Part shown: piece by piece, positions 56,460 to 64,000 of the stretch
How positions within the stretch are numbered: the stretch's first letter is position 1
Layout: the number at the start of each line of letters is the position of its first letter
From: an uncultured Acidobacteriota bacterium
Lineage (GTDB): Bacteria; Acidobacteriota; Terriglobia; Terriglobales; Acidobacteriaceae
NCBI GenBank assembly: GCA_963733805.1
Contig: CAVTEO010000018.1
Location: 76,898 to 140,897 of the forward strand
Direction: 5' to 3'
Length of the DNA stretch: 64,000 nucleotides
The notes under the pieces: model-generated
Told to the model about the DNA's origin: nothing
Database searches by the model: none
The model's input: the letters and a program-made list of their open reading frames with translations, nothing else
Made by a program: the position numbers and the translations under genes

Positions 56460-56625
56460 TCGCTAGTCGTCAGTCGCCAGCGCATCAACTGCTCTTCTAC
56501 CACGGAGACACAGAGGCACAGAGAAGGAGGGCCTTTGTTTTAAGGTTTCTCTGTGCCTCTGTGTCTCTGTGGTGAAGAAACTTGAAAGGGTCGCTGACGA
56601 CTGGCGACTAACGACTGGCGACTGG
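56457..56625. repeat. composite palindromic intergenic element: heptads (+) / 26-bp-stem hairpin / heptads (-)
   Basis: TAGTCGC TAGTCGT CAGTCGC (56457-56477). Hairpin arms 56500-56525 ccacggagacacagaggcacagagaa and 56547-56572 ttctctgtgcctctgtgtctctgtgg (1 G-U). CGACTGG CGACTAA CGACTGG CGACTGG (56598-56625). Confidence 0.85.
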
Positions 56626-56629
56626 TTTC

Positions 56630-57313
56630 ATGATTCTTCTCGCAATCGATACTTCCGGGAAAGATGGTGGCATCACGCTGGCGCGCGTGGATGATTCTGC
56701 TCGCGGGTCTGGCGTGCTGGGCGTCATGGAGACCGTTGCGCTCGAGGGCGGGACGTTTTCGGCGCAGCTGGTTCCGCAGATTGCTGGATTGTTGGCTAAG
56801 CATGGGTTGACGAAGAACGACATTGGCGCGTTTGCTGTAGCTTCCGGCCCCGGCTCTTTTACGGGCCTGCGGGTTGGATTGGCGGCCATCAAGGCTCTGG
56901 CAGAAATTCTCAATAGGCCGATCGCGGCAGTTTCTCGTTTGGAAGCGGTGGCGCACGCCGGAAAAGTTCGAGGCCGAGTTCTGGCGGCTTTGGATGCCGG
57001 GCGAAACGAAATTTACGTTGGCGAGTGCGACTTGACCGGTGGTGCGCAAGCGGTCGGGGAGCGCTTGGTCACGCGCGAGGAGTTTCTGAGTCAGCCCCTG
57101 GAATGGAGAGTCATGACGCCTGATCGGAGTATTGCAGAGGCCGCGCGCGCGGCCGGGTTCGAGGTCGATGAAGTCGAGCGACCGACCAGTGTTGCGATCG
57201 CGCGCATCGGGTGGGAGAAGATTTCCCTGGGCCGCACGACTGCTCCGGAAGATTTGGACGCAAACTACATCCGGCGGTCGGATGCGGAGATCGTTGCGAA
57301 GAGGCGCGAGTGA
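56630..57313 (+). CDS. tsaB: tRNA t6A37 biosynthesis protein TsaB
   Basis: 227-aa ORF. MILLAIDTSG..., FAVASGPGSFTGLRVGLAAIKALA. Confidence 0.9.
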   Translation: MILLAIDTSGKDGGITLARVDDSARGSGVLGVMETVALEGGTFSAQLVPQIAGLLAKHGLTKNDIGAFAVASGPGSFTGLRVGLAAIKALAEILNRPIAAVSRLEAVAHAGKVRGRVLAALDAGRNEIYVGECDLTGGAQAVGERLVTREEFLSQPLEWRVMTPDRSIAEAARAAGFEVDEVERPTSVAIARIGWEKISLGRTTAPEDLDANYIRRSDAEIVAKRRE

Positions 57314-57381
57314 GTTACGAGAAAAAAGCCGCGGGCGGGGGCGCCCGCGCTACACGGACCAGAGACCTGACACCGGCTTTC

Positions 57382-57828
57382 ATGCGCATTCGTCCTGCCA
57401 CTGCCGCCGACATTCCTGCCATGATGGGGCTGGTCAGCCACTCCGCGACCGCCGCGCGCTGGTCGCGGGCGCAGTACGATCGCGTGTTTGACGAACAGGT
57501 TCCGCGCCGTGTGGCGCTGGTGATTGAAGAGGGAACCGCCGTCCGGGGATTCCTCGTGGCACATGAAGTGGCAAACGAGTGGGAGATCGAGAATATTGCG
57601 GTCGCCGGGGCGGCGCGGAGGCGCGGACTGGGTACTCGCTTGTTAGGTGAATTTCTCAAGCTGGCCAGTCGGGAAGGAGCAACCGCCGTTTTTCTCGAAG
57701 TGCGGGAGTCGAACCGGGCGGCTCGGTTGCTTTACGAAAAATGGTCGTTTCAGGAGAGCGGACGACGTTCCGGCTACTACGCTCAGCCGCAAGAAGATGC
57801 CATTGTCTACCGCTTATTCTTTACCTGA
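57382..57828 (+). CDS. rimI: ribosomal-protein-alanine N-acetyltransferase (GNAT)
   Basis: ORF 57211..57828, start ATG 57382 (MRIRPATAADIPAMM). IENIAVAGAARRRGLGTRLL acetyl-CoA motif. Conserved tsaB-rimI pairing. Confidence 0.8.
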   Translation: MRIRPATAADIPAMMGLVSHSATAARWSRAQYDRVFDEQVPRRVALVIEEGTAVRGFLVAHEVANEWEIENIAVAGAARRRGLGTRLLGEFLKLASREGATAVFLEVRESNRAARLLYEKWSFQESGRRSGYYAQPQEDAIVYRLFFT

Positions 57829-57964
57829 ATTGCCCCGGCGCCGGTGCAACTATAGGTCACATAAAAATGTGACTTCGAGAGCGCCCTAACGCGAAAATTG
57901 GATTGCCGCTCCCGAAAGGCTGTGTTAATTTTTAATTCTCAATTCGGCTAGGGAGGTCTGCAGG

Positions 57965-58192
57965 ATGACTCCGAGAGACCAGCTCCTGGCCAGCCACGAT
58001 GAGTTTCGTCGGCTGGCGACCGAGCACATGACGTACGCGCAACGCCTCGATTCACTCACCGAAAAAAGATATCTCACCGAAGACGAAAAGATGGAAGAGG
58101 TCCGCCTGAAGAAGCTGAAACTGCGCCTGAAAGATCAGATGGAATCGATCGAGCGCAGCTTCCGGCAGCAGATTCAGAACCAGGTCGCTTAA
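57965..58192 (+). CDS. YdcH/DUF465-family small coiled-coil protein
   Basis: 75-aa ORF after GGGAGG. HDEFRRLATEH...LDSL......LTEDEKMEEVRLKKLKLRLKDQM pattern typical of DUF465. Confidence 0.7.
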   Translation: MTPRDQLLASHDEFRRLATEHMTYAQRLDSLTEKRYLTEDEKMEEVRLKKLKLRLKDQMESIERSFRQQIQNQVA

Positions 58193-58247
58193 TCCACCAC
58201 CAACGAGAGACGGCGTAGCCGCCATGGGTGATATGTCTCTCGAGCCC

Positions 58248-58270
58248 GGCGCTTGTAAGCGCCTTTTTTT
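58248..58270 (+). terminator. rho-independent terminator
   Basis: GGCGC-ttgtaa-GCGCC followed by TTTTTTT. Confidence 0.65.
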
Positions 58271-58323
58271 ATTGCAGTTATAAAACCCAACCGTTCCGCT
58301 GCACTATAATTCTAAAAGTCCTC

Positions 58324-58989
58324 ATGGTTCGCGACGGCTACTACTACGCCATCCCTTTGTCGCTGGCTGCCTTGCTGATTGGTTGGCTGGCCAGCCCGCC
58401 GTGGGCGGTGCCCGCCTGCTTGCTGGCAGCGTTCTGCCTGTGGTTCTTCCGGGATCCGGAGCGCACGGTGCCCGACATACCGGGCGCCATCGTTTCGCCC
58501 GGCGATGGGAAGGTCACCCATGTCACCAGCGTGCTGTTCAACGGGGGGGAACATCTGCGCATCAGCATTTTTCTGAACGTGTTCAATGTCCACGTGAACC
58601 GCTCGCCGATTGGCGGGGTGATTCGCGAGGTGCGTTACCAGAAGGGCAAGTTCCTGAATGCCATGGCTCCGAATTCCGCGAGCGAGAACGAACAGAATAT
58701 TGTGACCGTGGAAGGCGAAGGACACTCGGTCACGTTTAGCCAGATTGCTGGCTTGATCGCGCGGCGGATTGTTTTCACAAAGAAAGTCGGAGACCTGGTG
58801 CAGCGCGGCGAGCGGGTGGGTCTGATCAAGTTCGGCTCGCGGGTGGACGTGGTGATGCCACCGAACGTCAAAGTCTCGGTCAAGGTGGGAGATCACGTGA
58901 AGGGCGCGTCGAGCATTCTTGCCTATGCGCCAGTGGCTCCTGAGGCCTCATCGACGCGCGTGCCGACCACGGTTGCGGGGGCCAGATAA
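58324..58989 (+). CDS. psd: phosphatidylserine decarboxylase proenzyme (short, archaeal-type form)
   Basis: ORF 58228..58989, start ATG 58324. [20 protein letters not shown], self-cleavage motif KFGSRVD. Confidence 0.85.
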   Translation: MVRDGYYYAIPLSLAALLIGWLASPPWAVPACLLAAFCLWFFRDPERTVPDIPGAIVSPGDGKVTHVTSVLFNGGEHLRISIFLNVFNVHVNRSPIGGVIREVRYQKGKFLNAMAPNSASENEQNIVTVEGEGHSVTFSQIAGLIARRIVFTKKVGDLVQRGERVGLIKFGSRVDVVMPPNVKVSVKVGDHVKGASSILAYAPVAPEASSTRVPTTVAGAR

Positions 58990-59883
58990 ATGGACGGCAT
59001 GCCCGAGCCCGCCCTAGTTGAAATTCCGAAGCGACGAAGGGAAGACCGTCCGGTGCGCCGCCAGCGCAAGGGCATGTACATATTGCCGTCGCTGTTTACG
59101 ACAGCGAACCTGGCCGCCGGGTATTACGCGATCCTGCAGACGATGCACGGCTCGGTGGCCGAACCGTGGCATTTTGATTTTGCGGCGAAAGCGATTGGAT
59201 TTGCGGTGCTGTTTGACGGGCTGGATGGTCGCATCGCGCGAATGACGAAGACCAGCAGCGATTTCGGCCGCGAACTCGATTCGCTGGCGGACGTCATCAC
59301 TTTTGGAGTTGCCCCGGCCTTGCTCGCCTTCATGTGGGGATTTCACCTGCTGCCGCCGATTGATCCAGAGATGCGCTTTCGGATCGGCCAGTTGGGCGCA
59401 GTCGCCAGTTTCCTCTTCCTGGTAGCGGGAGCAAGCCGGCTGGCACGATTCAATATTACGGTGAATCCGCAGCCCTCGAATCCCGGGCGTCCGGACAAGA
59501 AGTATTTTGTGGGCATGCCGATTCCGGCCGGCGCGGGAGTGATCGCCGCCATCGTGCACCGGGCGCTGGGTGAGCCGCTGACCTCGGTTGCGCCCTCGGC
59601 CATGTGGTTGTGCATGGTTCCGGTGGTAGGCTACCTGATGGTCAGCACCTGGCGCTTTTACAGCTTCAAGGATATTCACTTCAATACGCGCCAGCCGTTC
59701 CGTCTGATCGTGTTACTCGGTGCTTTGTTCGCGTTGATCTGGTTCTACTCGCGCTGGGTCCTTTTCGCCATTGCGCTCATCTACATGTTCTCGGGAGTGC
59801 TGTGGCGCTTGCAGTGGATCTTCCGGCGCCGGCCTTCGCCTCCCGCTCCACCCGCCTACAAGGAGGCATCGCAGACCTCATGA
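58990..59883 (+). CDS. pssA: CDP-diacylglycerol--serine O-phosphatidyltransferase
   Basis: 297-aa ORF abutting the psd stop. CDP-alcohol phosphatidyltransferase motif DGLDGRIARMTKTSSDFGRELDSLADV. Confidence 0.9.
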   Translation: MDGMPEPALVEIPKRRREDRPVRRQRKGMYILPSLFTTANLAAGYYAILQTMHGSVAEPWHFDFAAKAIGFAVLFDGLDGRIARMTKTSSDFGRELDSLADVITFGVAPALLAFMWGFHLLPPIDPEMRFRIGQLGAVASFLFLVAGASRLARFNITVNPQPSNPGRPDKKYFVGMPIPAGAGVIAAIVHRALGEPLTSVAPSAMWLCMVPVVGYLMVSTWRFYSFKDIHFNTRQPFRLIVLLGALFALIWFYSRWVLFAIALIYMFSGVLWRLQWIFRRRPSPPAPPAYKEASQTS

Positions 59884-60956
59884 GTTCGCCGCTGAAATCG
59901 ACGCCCGTTCCGACTGCTGATCCCATGCGCGCCAAACCGTATCGCGTCGCCGTGGTGGGCGCGGCCTCGTTGCGCGGCAAGGAAGTGGCCGAGGTTCTGA
60001 ACGACCGGAATTTTCCCGCGGTCGACGTGAAGTTGCTCGACGACGACGAGTCGCTCGGCCAGTTGGAGACCATGGGGGATGAGGTCACGTTCATCCAGCG
60101 AGTGCGCAACGAGCAGTTCGATCATCTGGATTTCACGTTCTTCGCTTCCGATCAGAATTCGACCCGCAAGAGCTGGAAAGTGGCGCGCGACGCGGGCAGC
60201 GCGATTGTCGATCTTTCTTACGCGCTCGAGGCTGAACCGACGTCCGCGATCCGGTCGCCCTGGATGGAGCGCCAGCTGGGACAGACACCGGTTTTGGAAT
60301 TGCAGCCGGGGCCGTGCGTGGTCGCGCATCCGGCGTCGGTGGTGCTGGCCTTGCTTGTGGCTCGGGCGTCGAAGGCGGGTAAGATTCGGAGCGTAGCGTG
60401 TACTGTGCTCGAGCCCGCGTCGGAGCATGGGCAGAAAGGTATGGACGAACTGCACGAGCAGACGGTAAACCTGCTTTCCTTCCAGGAACTGCCGAAGACG
60501 GTGTTCGATACCCAGGTCGCGTTCAACCTGGTAGAGAATTACGGGCCCAACTCGTCGCCTGCGCTGCAGTCAGTCAAGCTGCGCATTCTCAAACATTACA
60601 ATCGAATCGCCGGAGCGAGTGCGCTGAAACCGGCGATCCAGTTGATTCAGGCGCCGATTTTTCATGGGCATGCCTTTTCGATCTACCTGGAGATGGAGGC
60701 GGCGGCCTCGCTGGAGGCGCTTTCGCAGGCGCTGGGTGGAGAGCACGTCACGGTGGCGGCGCGGGCGGAGGATTCACCGAGTAACGTCAACGCGGCCGGC
60801 CAAGGGGATATTCTTGTGTCGTTGACGCGCGACGAGAATAATACGAACGGGGTTTGGATGTGGGCCGCGGCTGACAACCTGCGGATTGCCGCCGTCACGG
60901 CTGTGGAGTGCGCGGAGACCATGACGCCAACTCGGCCTCGCGGGCAGATTCAATGA
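59880..60956 (+). CDS. aspartate-semialdehyde dehydrogenase paralogue (USG-1-like), catalytic Cys apparently absent
   Basis: In-frame ATG 59880 overlaps the pssA stop (ATGA), AAGGAGG upstream. Rossmann YRVAVVGAASLRGKEV. Semialdehyde-DH dimerisation region. HPAS where Asd has N-C-S/T. Confidence 0.65.
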   Translation: MSSPLKSTPVPTADPMRAKPYRVAVVGAASLRGKEVAEVLNDRNFPAVDVKLLDDDESLGQLETMGDEVTFIQRVRNEQFDHLDFTFFASDQNSTRKSWKVARDAGSAIVDLSYALEAEPTSAIRSPWMERQLGQTPVLELQPGPCVVAHPASVVLALLVARASKAGKIRSVACTVLEPASEHGQKGMDELHEQTVNLLSFQELPKTVFDTQVAFNLVENYGPNSSPALQSVKLRILKHYNRIAGASALKPAIQLIQAPIFHGHAFSIYLEMEAAASLEALSQALGGEHVTVAARAEDSPSNVNAAGQGDILVSLTRDENNTNGVWMWAAADNLRIAAVTAVECAETMTPTRPRGQIQ

Positions 60957-61045
60957 AGGCGGCAGAGAAAGCTTTCTAACCGCAGATGCTACGTCTCCCC
61001 GCTTCTTATTTGACGACACAGCAAGGTTTTCTGCGGAGGGAATCC

Positions 61046-61576
61046 ATGAGTCGACAACAAGCTGCCAGGTTGGCCTGCAGTCTGGCGCTTGTTATTTCGA
61101 CCGTTGCTTGCGGATATCACACCGCGGGGCATGTGGTCACGATGCCCGAGAACGTGAAGACGCTCGCCATCCCTGCATTCGTCAACCAGTCGCAGACTTA
61201 CCGGATCGAACAGACACTTACCTCCGCAGTGGTGCATGAGTTCACCACGCGCACGCATTACCAGATTCTCAACCAGGCGAACGAGGCGGCCGACGCCACT
61301 TTGCGTGGAACTGTGCTTACGACCTCGGCTTCTCCTTTGACCTACGATTCGAAGACCGGGCGCGCGGAAAGTATTCTGGTGGTGGTCAGCATGCGCGTGT
61401 CGCTCACCGACCGGCAAGGAAAAGTTCTGTTCCAGAATCCCGCGTATGTGTTTCGTGAGCAGTACCAGGTGTCGCAGGAGCCGAGCAGCTTTTTCGAGGA
61501 AGATTCCCCGGCCATGGGACGCTTGTCGCGCGACTTCGCGCAAACCCTGGTGAGCAGCGTGCTGGAGGGCTTCTGA
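61046..61576 (+). CDS. lptE: LPS-assembly lipoprotein LptE
   Basis: ORF 60986..61576, ATG 61046 after GGAGGG. Lipobox LVISTVACGY. Position immediately upstream of holA as in many Gram-negatives. Confidence 0.7.
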   Translation: MSRQQAARLACSLALVISTVACGYHTAGHVVTMPENVKTLAIPAFVNQSQTYRIEQTLTSAVVHEFTTRTHYQILNQANEAADATLRGTVLTTSASPLTYDSKTGRAESILVVVSMRVSLTDRQGKVLFQNPAYVFREQYQVSQEPSSFFEEDSPAMGRLSRDFAQTLVSSVLEGF

Positions 61577-62697
61577 TGAAGGCCTTCGCGCAGGCCGATC
61601 GCTTTGTCTCGGAAGTGTCGGCGAAAAAGCTGCGGCCAGCGTACGTTTTCGTGGGCGATGAAGTGTTTTTCCGCAAGCGCTTCCGCGAGGCCATTCTCCA
61701 GCATCTGGTGCCGGACGAGGTGCGCGACTTCAGCCTGTTTGACTGCGACCTGGCGGATACGGATCTGACCGAAGTTCTGGACCGCGCGCGGACTCCTTCG
61801 TTGATGGCGCCCTTCCAGGTGTTTTTTGTGCGCGGCGTGAAGACCTTGTTCGGCCGCGGATCGAATGAAGAGAAGCTGGCGGCGATCGAGGAGTACTGCA
61901 AAAATCCCAATCCCGATGCCTTGCTGGTGTTCGTCGCGGACCATATCAGCATTCCCGCCGACGTCCGGCGGATGGAGTTGACCGACAAGGAGCGCTACGA
62001 ACGCATCCGCGAAACCCTGGGACAGTTCTGCGGCATTGTCGAGTTGGCGCGCGTGGAAGAAAGCGAAGCGGTGCGCTGGATTTCCGAATACTGCGCCAGC
62101 CGCGAGGTGAAGATCGATACCGACGGTGCGCGCGAGCTGGTGGATGCGCTGGGCGGCGACATGATGATGATCTCCAATGAACTGGAGAAGCTGATTCTCT
62201 ACGTCGGCGAAAAGAAGCGCATCACGCTGGGCGATGTCGAGACCATGGTGCTGGCGGCGAAGCAGCGGTCGCTCTATGAGCTGACCGACGCGATTTCCGC
62301 AAAGGACCGGGTGCGGGCGCTCGAGGTGCTGGACGCGATTCTTTCGACCGGCGACGGCGACGAGGCCGCGATCGGGCATCTTTACATGCTGGCGAAAACC
62401 TTCCGGCAAATGCTGGTGATTCTGGAGCGGAATGTGCGCGATCAGCGCGCGCTGTGGGCGGCATTGTGGCAGGGCTTTCGCGTGCCCCCGTTTGCCGCCG
62501 AAGACATCATCCGGCAGGCGCGGCGCTATAAATCGAAACGCGAACTGACCAGCGCGATCCGGCTGGTGGGCAAGGCGGACCTGGCCTTGCGGTCGAATCC
62601 TCCGACCAAGCGGCTGGTGCTGGAGAAACTGGTGCTGGATCTGACCAGCGAGCCGCGGCCCGAGGCGGGATGGTCGCAGGACGAATTGCAGATCTAA
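61576..62697 (+). CDS. holA: DNA polymerase III subunit delta
   Basis: 373-aa ORF, start overlaps the lptE stop. PAYVFVGDEVFFR.., SLMAPFQVFFVRG, N- and C-terminal delta-subunit architecture. Confidence 0.8.
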   Translation: MKAFAQADRFVSEVSAKKLRPAYVFVGDEVFFRKRFREAILQHLVPDEVRDFSLFDCDLADTDLTEVLDRARTPSLMAPFQVFFVRGVKTLFGRGSNEEKLAAIEEYCKNPNPDALLVFVADHISIPADVRRMELTDKERYERIRETLGQFCGIVELARVEESEAVRWISEYCASREVKIDTDGARELVDALGGDMMMISNELEKLILYVGEKKRITLGDVETMVLAAKQRSLYELTDAISAKDRVRALEVLDAILSTGDGDEAAIGHLYMLAKTFRQMLVILERNVRDQRALWAALWQGFRVPPFAAEDIIRQARRYKSKRELTSAIRLVGKADLALRSNPPTKRLVLEKLVLDLTSEPRPEAGWSQDELQI

Positions 62698-62705
62698 GGA
62701 AAAGA

Positions 62706-62741
62706 CAGTCGTTGGTCGTCGGTCGTTGGTCGTTGGCAAAA
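62706..62741. repeat. 36-nt heptad-repeat block, identical to 20373-20408
   Basis: cagTCGTTGGTCGTCGGTCGTTGGTCGTTGGcaaaa, starting 9 nt after the holA stop. Confidence 0.9.
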
Positions 62742-62762
62742 GCTCATTGCAGCTGTTGACTC

Positions 62763-63461
62763 ATGCTCTCGCCGCAAGATGTGGTTTCCTACCGTGAGAT
62801 GTGCGACCTCTATGGCGTCAGTTTGCAGCGTGGGATGAACTACCGCATCAAGAGATCTGAGAGCCTAATTTTGATGAGTATTCGTCCGGGTGCTCCTTAT
62901 GAAGATCGCGTAGAACAAGGCGGACGAGTCGTGGTTTATGAAGGGCATGATGCGCCAAGGCACAAGGACGGCCCAGACCCGAAGTTTGTGGATCAGCCCG
63001 AATTTCAGCCAAACGGTCGCCGAACTCAGAACGGCCTCTTTGTCGACGCAGTTCGGCGATTCAAATCTGGCACCGCACCTGCTGAACGAGTAAGGGTATT
63101 TGAGAAAATCCGAGACGGGATTTGGGCTTATAACGGCGTGTTTGAGTTGGTCGACGGATGGCAAGAGACTAATGCACGAAGGCAGGTATTCAAGTTCAGG
63201 CTACAACTTTTGGACGAGCCTGAATCGCAACTTTCTAACGCGGTACAAACAACCGTCGAACACGATCGAGTCATTCCAAGCGCGGTAAAGCTAGAAGTCT
63301 GGAAGAGGGATAAGGGATGCTGCATTCAGTGTGGCTCTAGGGAGAATCTCCATTTCGACCACATCATTCCCTACTCTCTTGGAGGATCGTCCAAAGACGC
63401 TGCCAATATCCAAATTCTCTGCGGAAAGCACAATCTCCAGAAAAAAGATCACATCCAATAA
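62763..63461 (+). CDS. HNH endonuclease with N-terminal SRA/YDG (PUA-like) modified-base-reader-like domain; candidate type IV restriction enzyme
   Basis: 232-aa ORF, lower GC. N-terminus ends VRVFEKIRDGIWAYNGVFELVDGWQETNARRQVFKFRLQL (compare the SRA pattern YDGLY.V...W.E.G..GF.V..F.L). C-terminal HNH CIQCGSRENLHFDHIIPYSLGG...NIQILCGKHN. Confidence 0.7.
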   Translation: MLSPQDVVSYREMCDLYGVSLQRGMNYRIKRSESLILMSIRPGAPYEDRVEQGGRVVVYEGHDAPRHKDGPDPKFVDQPEFQPNGRRTQNGLFVDAVRRFKSGTAPAERVRVFEKIRDGIWAYNGVFELVDGWQETNARRQVFKFRLQLLDEPESQLSNAVQTTVEHDRVIPSAVKLEVWKRDKGCCIQCGSRENLHFDHIIPYSLGGSSKDAANIQILCGKHNLQKKDHIQ

Positions 63462-63467
63462 GCAGTA

Positions 63468-64000
63468 ATGGACGTACCGGCCTACCTCGCGCGCATTTCT
63501 TACCGCGGTCCCATTGATCCGAGCGCAGGGACTCTTCGCGGGCTGCATCTGGCGCATCTTTATTCCGTTCCTTTTGAAAATCTGGACATCTCTCTGGGGC
63601 GAAAGATCACTTGTGACGAACAGCGATTCCTTCACAAGATTGTCAAACTGCGGCGAGGCGGGTTTTGTTACGAACTCAACGGAGCGTTTGCGGCTCTGCT
63701 GCGCGAACTGGGATTTCGCGTGACCCTGCTCTCCGGGCGTGTTGCCCGGGAGGACGGCAGCGCGTCACCGGATTTCGATCATATGGCTTTGCTGGTGGAT
63801 CTGGACGAGCCCTGGCTGGCGGACGTTGGATTTGGGGATTCCTTTCTTGAGCCGCTGCGTCTAAAGACGGAGCTGGAGCAGGAACAACTCAGCGGCTGTT
63901 TCCGTATTGTTCCGGTAGGGGACGTGATGATTGTGCAGCGCCAGGTCGCGGGGCAGCCCTGGAAGTCGCAATATCAATTCACTTTGCAGCCTTACCGGCT
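63468..64000 (+). CDS. arylamine N-acetyltransferase, N-terminal part; runs off the right edge
   Basis: Not in the ORF track because there is no stop in the window. Hand translation from ATG 63468: MDVPAYLARISYRGPIDPSAGTLRGLHLAHLYSVPFENLDI...RRGGFCYELNGAF (catalytic Cys)...DHMALLV (His)...DVGFGD (Asp). Confidence 0.8.
   Translation, partial: MDVPAYLARISYRGPIDPSAGTLRGLHLAHLYSVPFENLDISLGRKITCDEQRFLHKIVKLRRGGFCYELNGAFAALLRELGFRVTLLSGRVAREDGSASPDFDHMALLVDLDEPWLADVGFGDSFLEPLRLKTELEQEQLSGCFRIVPVGDVMIVQRQVAGQPWKSQYQFTLQPYR

Noticed and set aside
61342-62739. 465-aa minus-strand ORF
   Set aside because: It is antisense to lptE and holA, and its N-terminus (PTTNDRRPTT) is a translation of the heptad repeat.

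Overview
This is a GC-rich (about 60% by eye) bacterial chromosomal segment. Gene content and the style of the intergenic repeats fit a soil Acidobacteriota-type genome, but that placement is inference only. I support about 55 protein-coding genes and found no rRNA, tRNA or CRISPR array.

Gene content from left to right:
- 1-7 kb: the glgP 5' end (it is missing from the ORF track because it runs off the left edge), a pseudouridine synthase, and a redox/sulfur/second-messenger neighbourhood. That neighbourhood holds a rhodanese, a REC-TrxR-like fusion, a DedA-rhodanese fusion, a Crp/Fnr regulator with a perfect upstream palindrome, and a pseudo-receiver-PilZ protein.
- 7-8.6 kb: an amidase.
- 8.7-17.5 kb: a function-unknown trio made of a membrane pentaheme cytochrome-TPR protein plus two FG-GAP/UnbV-ASPIC giants.
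- 17.7-23.2 kb: a GH2 / APC permease / ChbG string on the minus strand.
- 23-40 kb: ppiD-like, malQ, an OlsF-like bifunctional acyltransferase, hbd, a lower-GC islet carrying an IS110-family transposase, two MacB-type permeases and an acyl-CoA dehydrogenase.
- 40-50 kb: hemW, fabF, an msbA-like ABC exporter, lpxB and an M1-peptidase-like protein.
- 50-64 kb: a MidA-like methyltransferase, an ASST-like protein, an epoxide hydrolase, meaB plus the epimerase, tsaB, rimI, psd, pssA, an Asd paralogue, lptE, holA, an SRA-like-HNH nuclease and the start of an arylamine N-acetyltransferase.

Main second-look items:
1. Heptanucleotide-period tandem repeats are locked to stop codons at 10 or more gene ends.
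2. The cytochrome/FG-GAP module has no assigned function.
3. The REC flavoprotein has lost both CxxC motifs.
4. A long hairpin lies directly upstream of the IS110 transposase and is a possible bridge-RNA region.
5. A solitary modification-dependent nuclease candidate sits at 62.8 kb.
6. Single-base frame breaks are dense at 27-30 kb and 44-53.4 kb, and they hit conserved genes including lpxB.

All function calls come from motif recognition by eye. No database search was possible.
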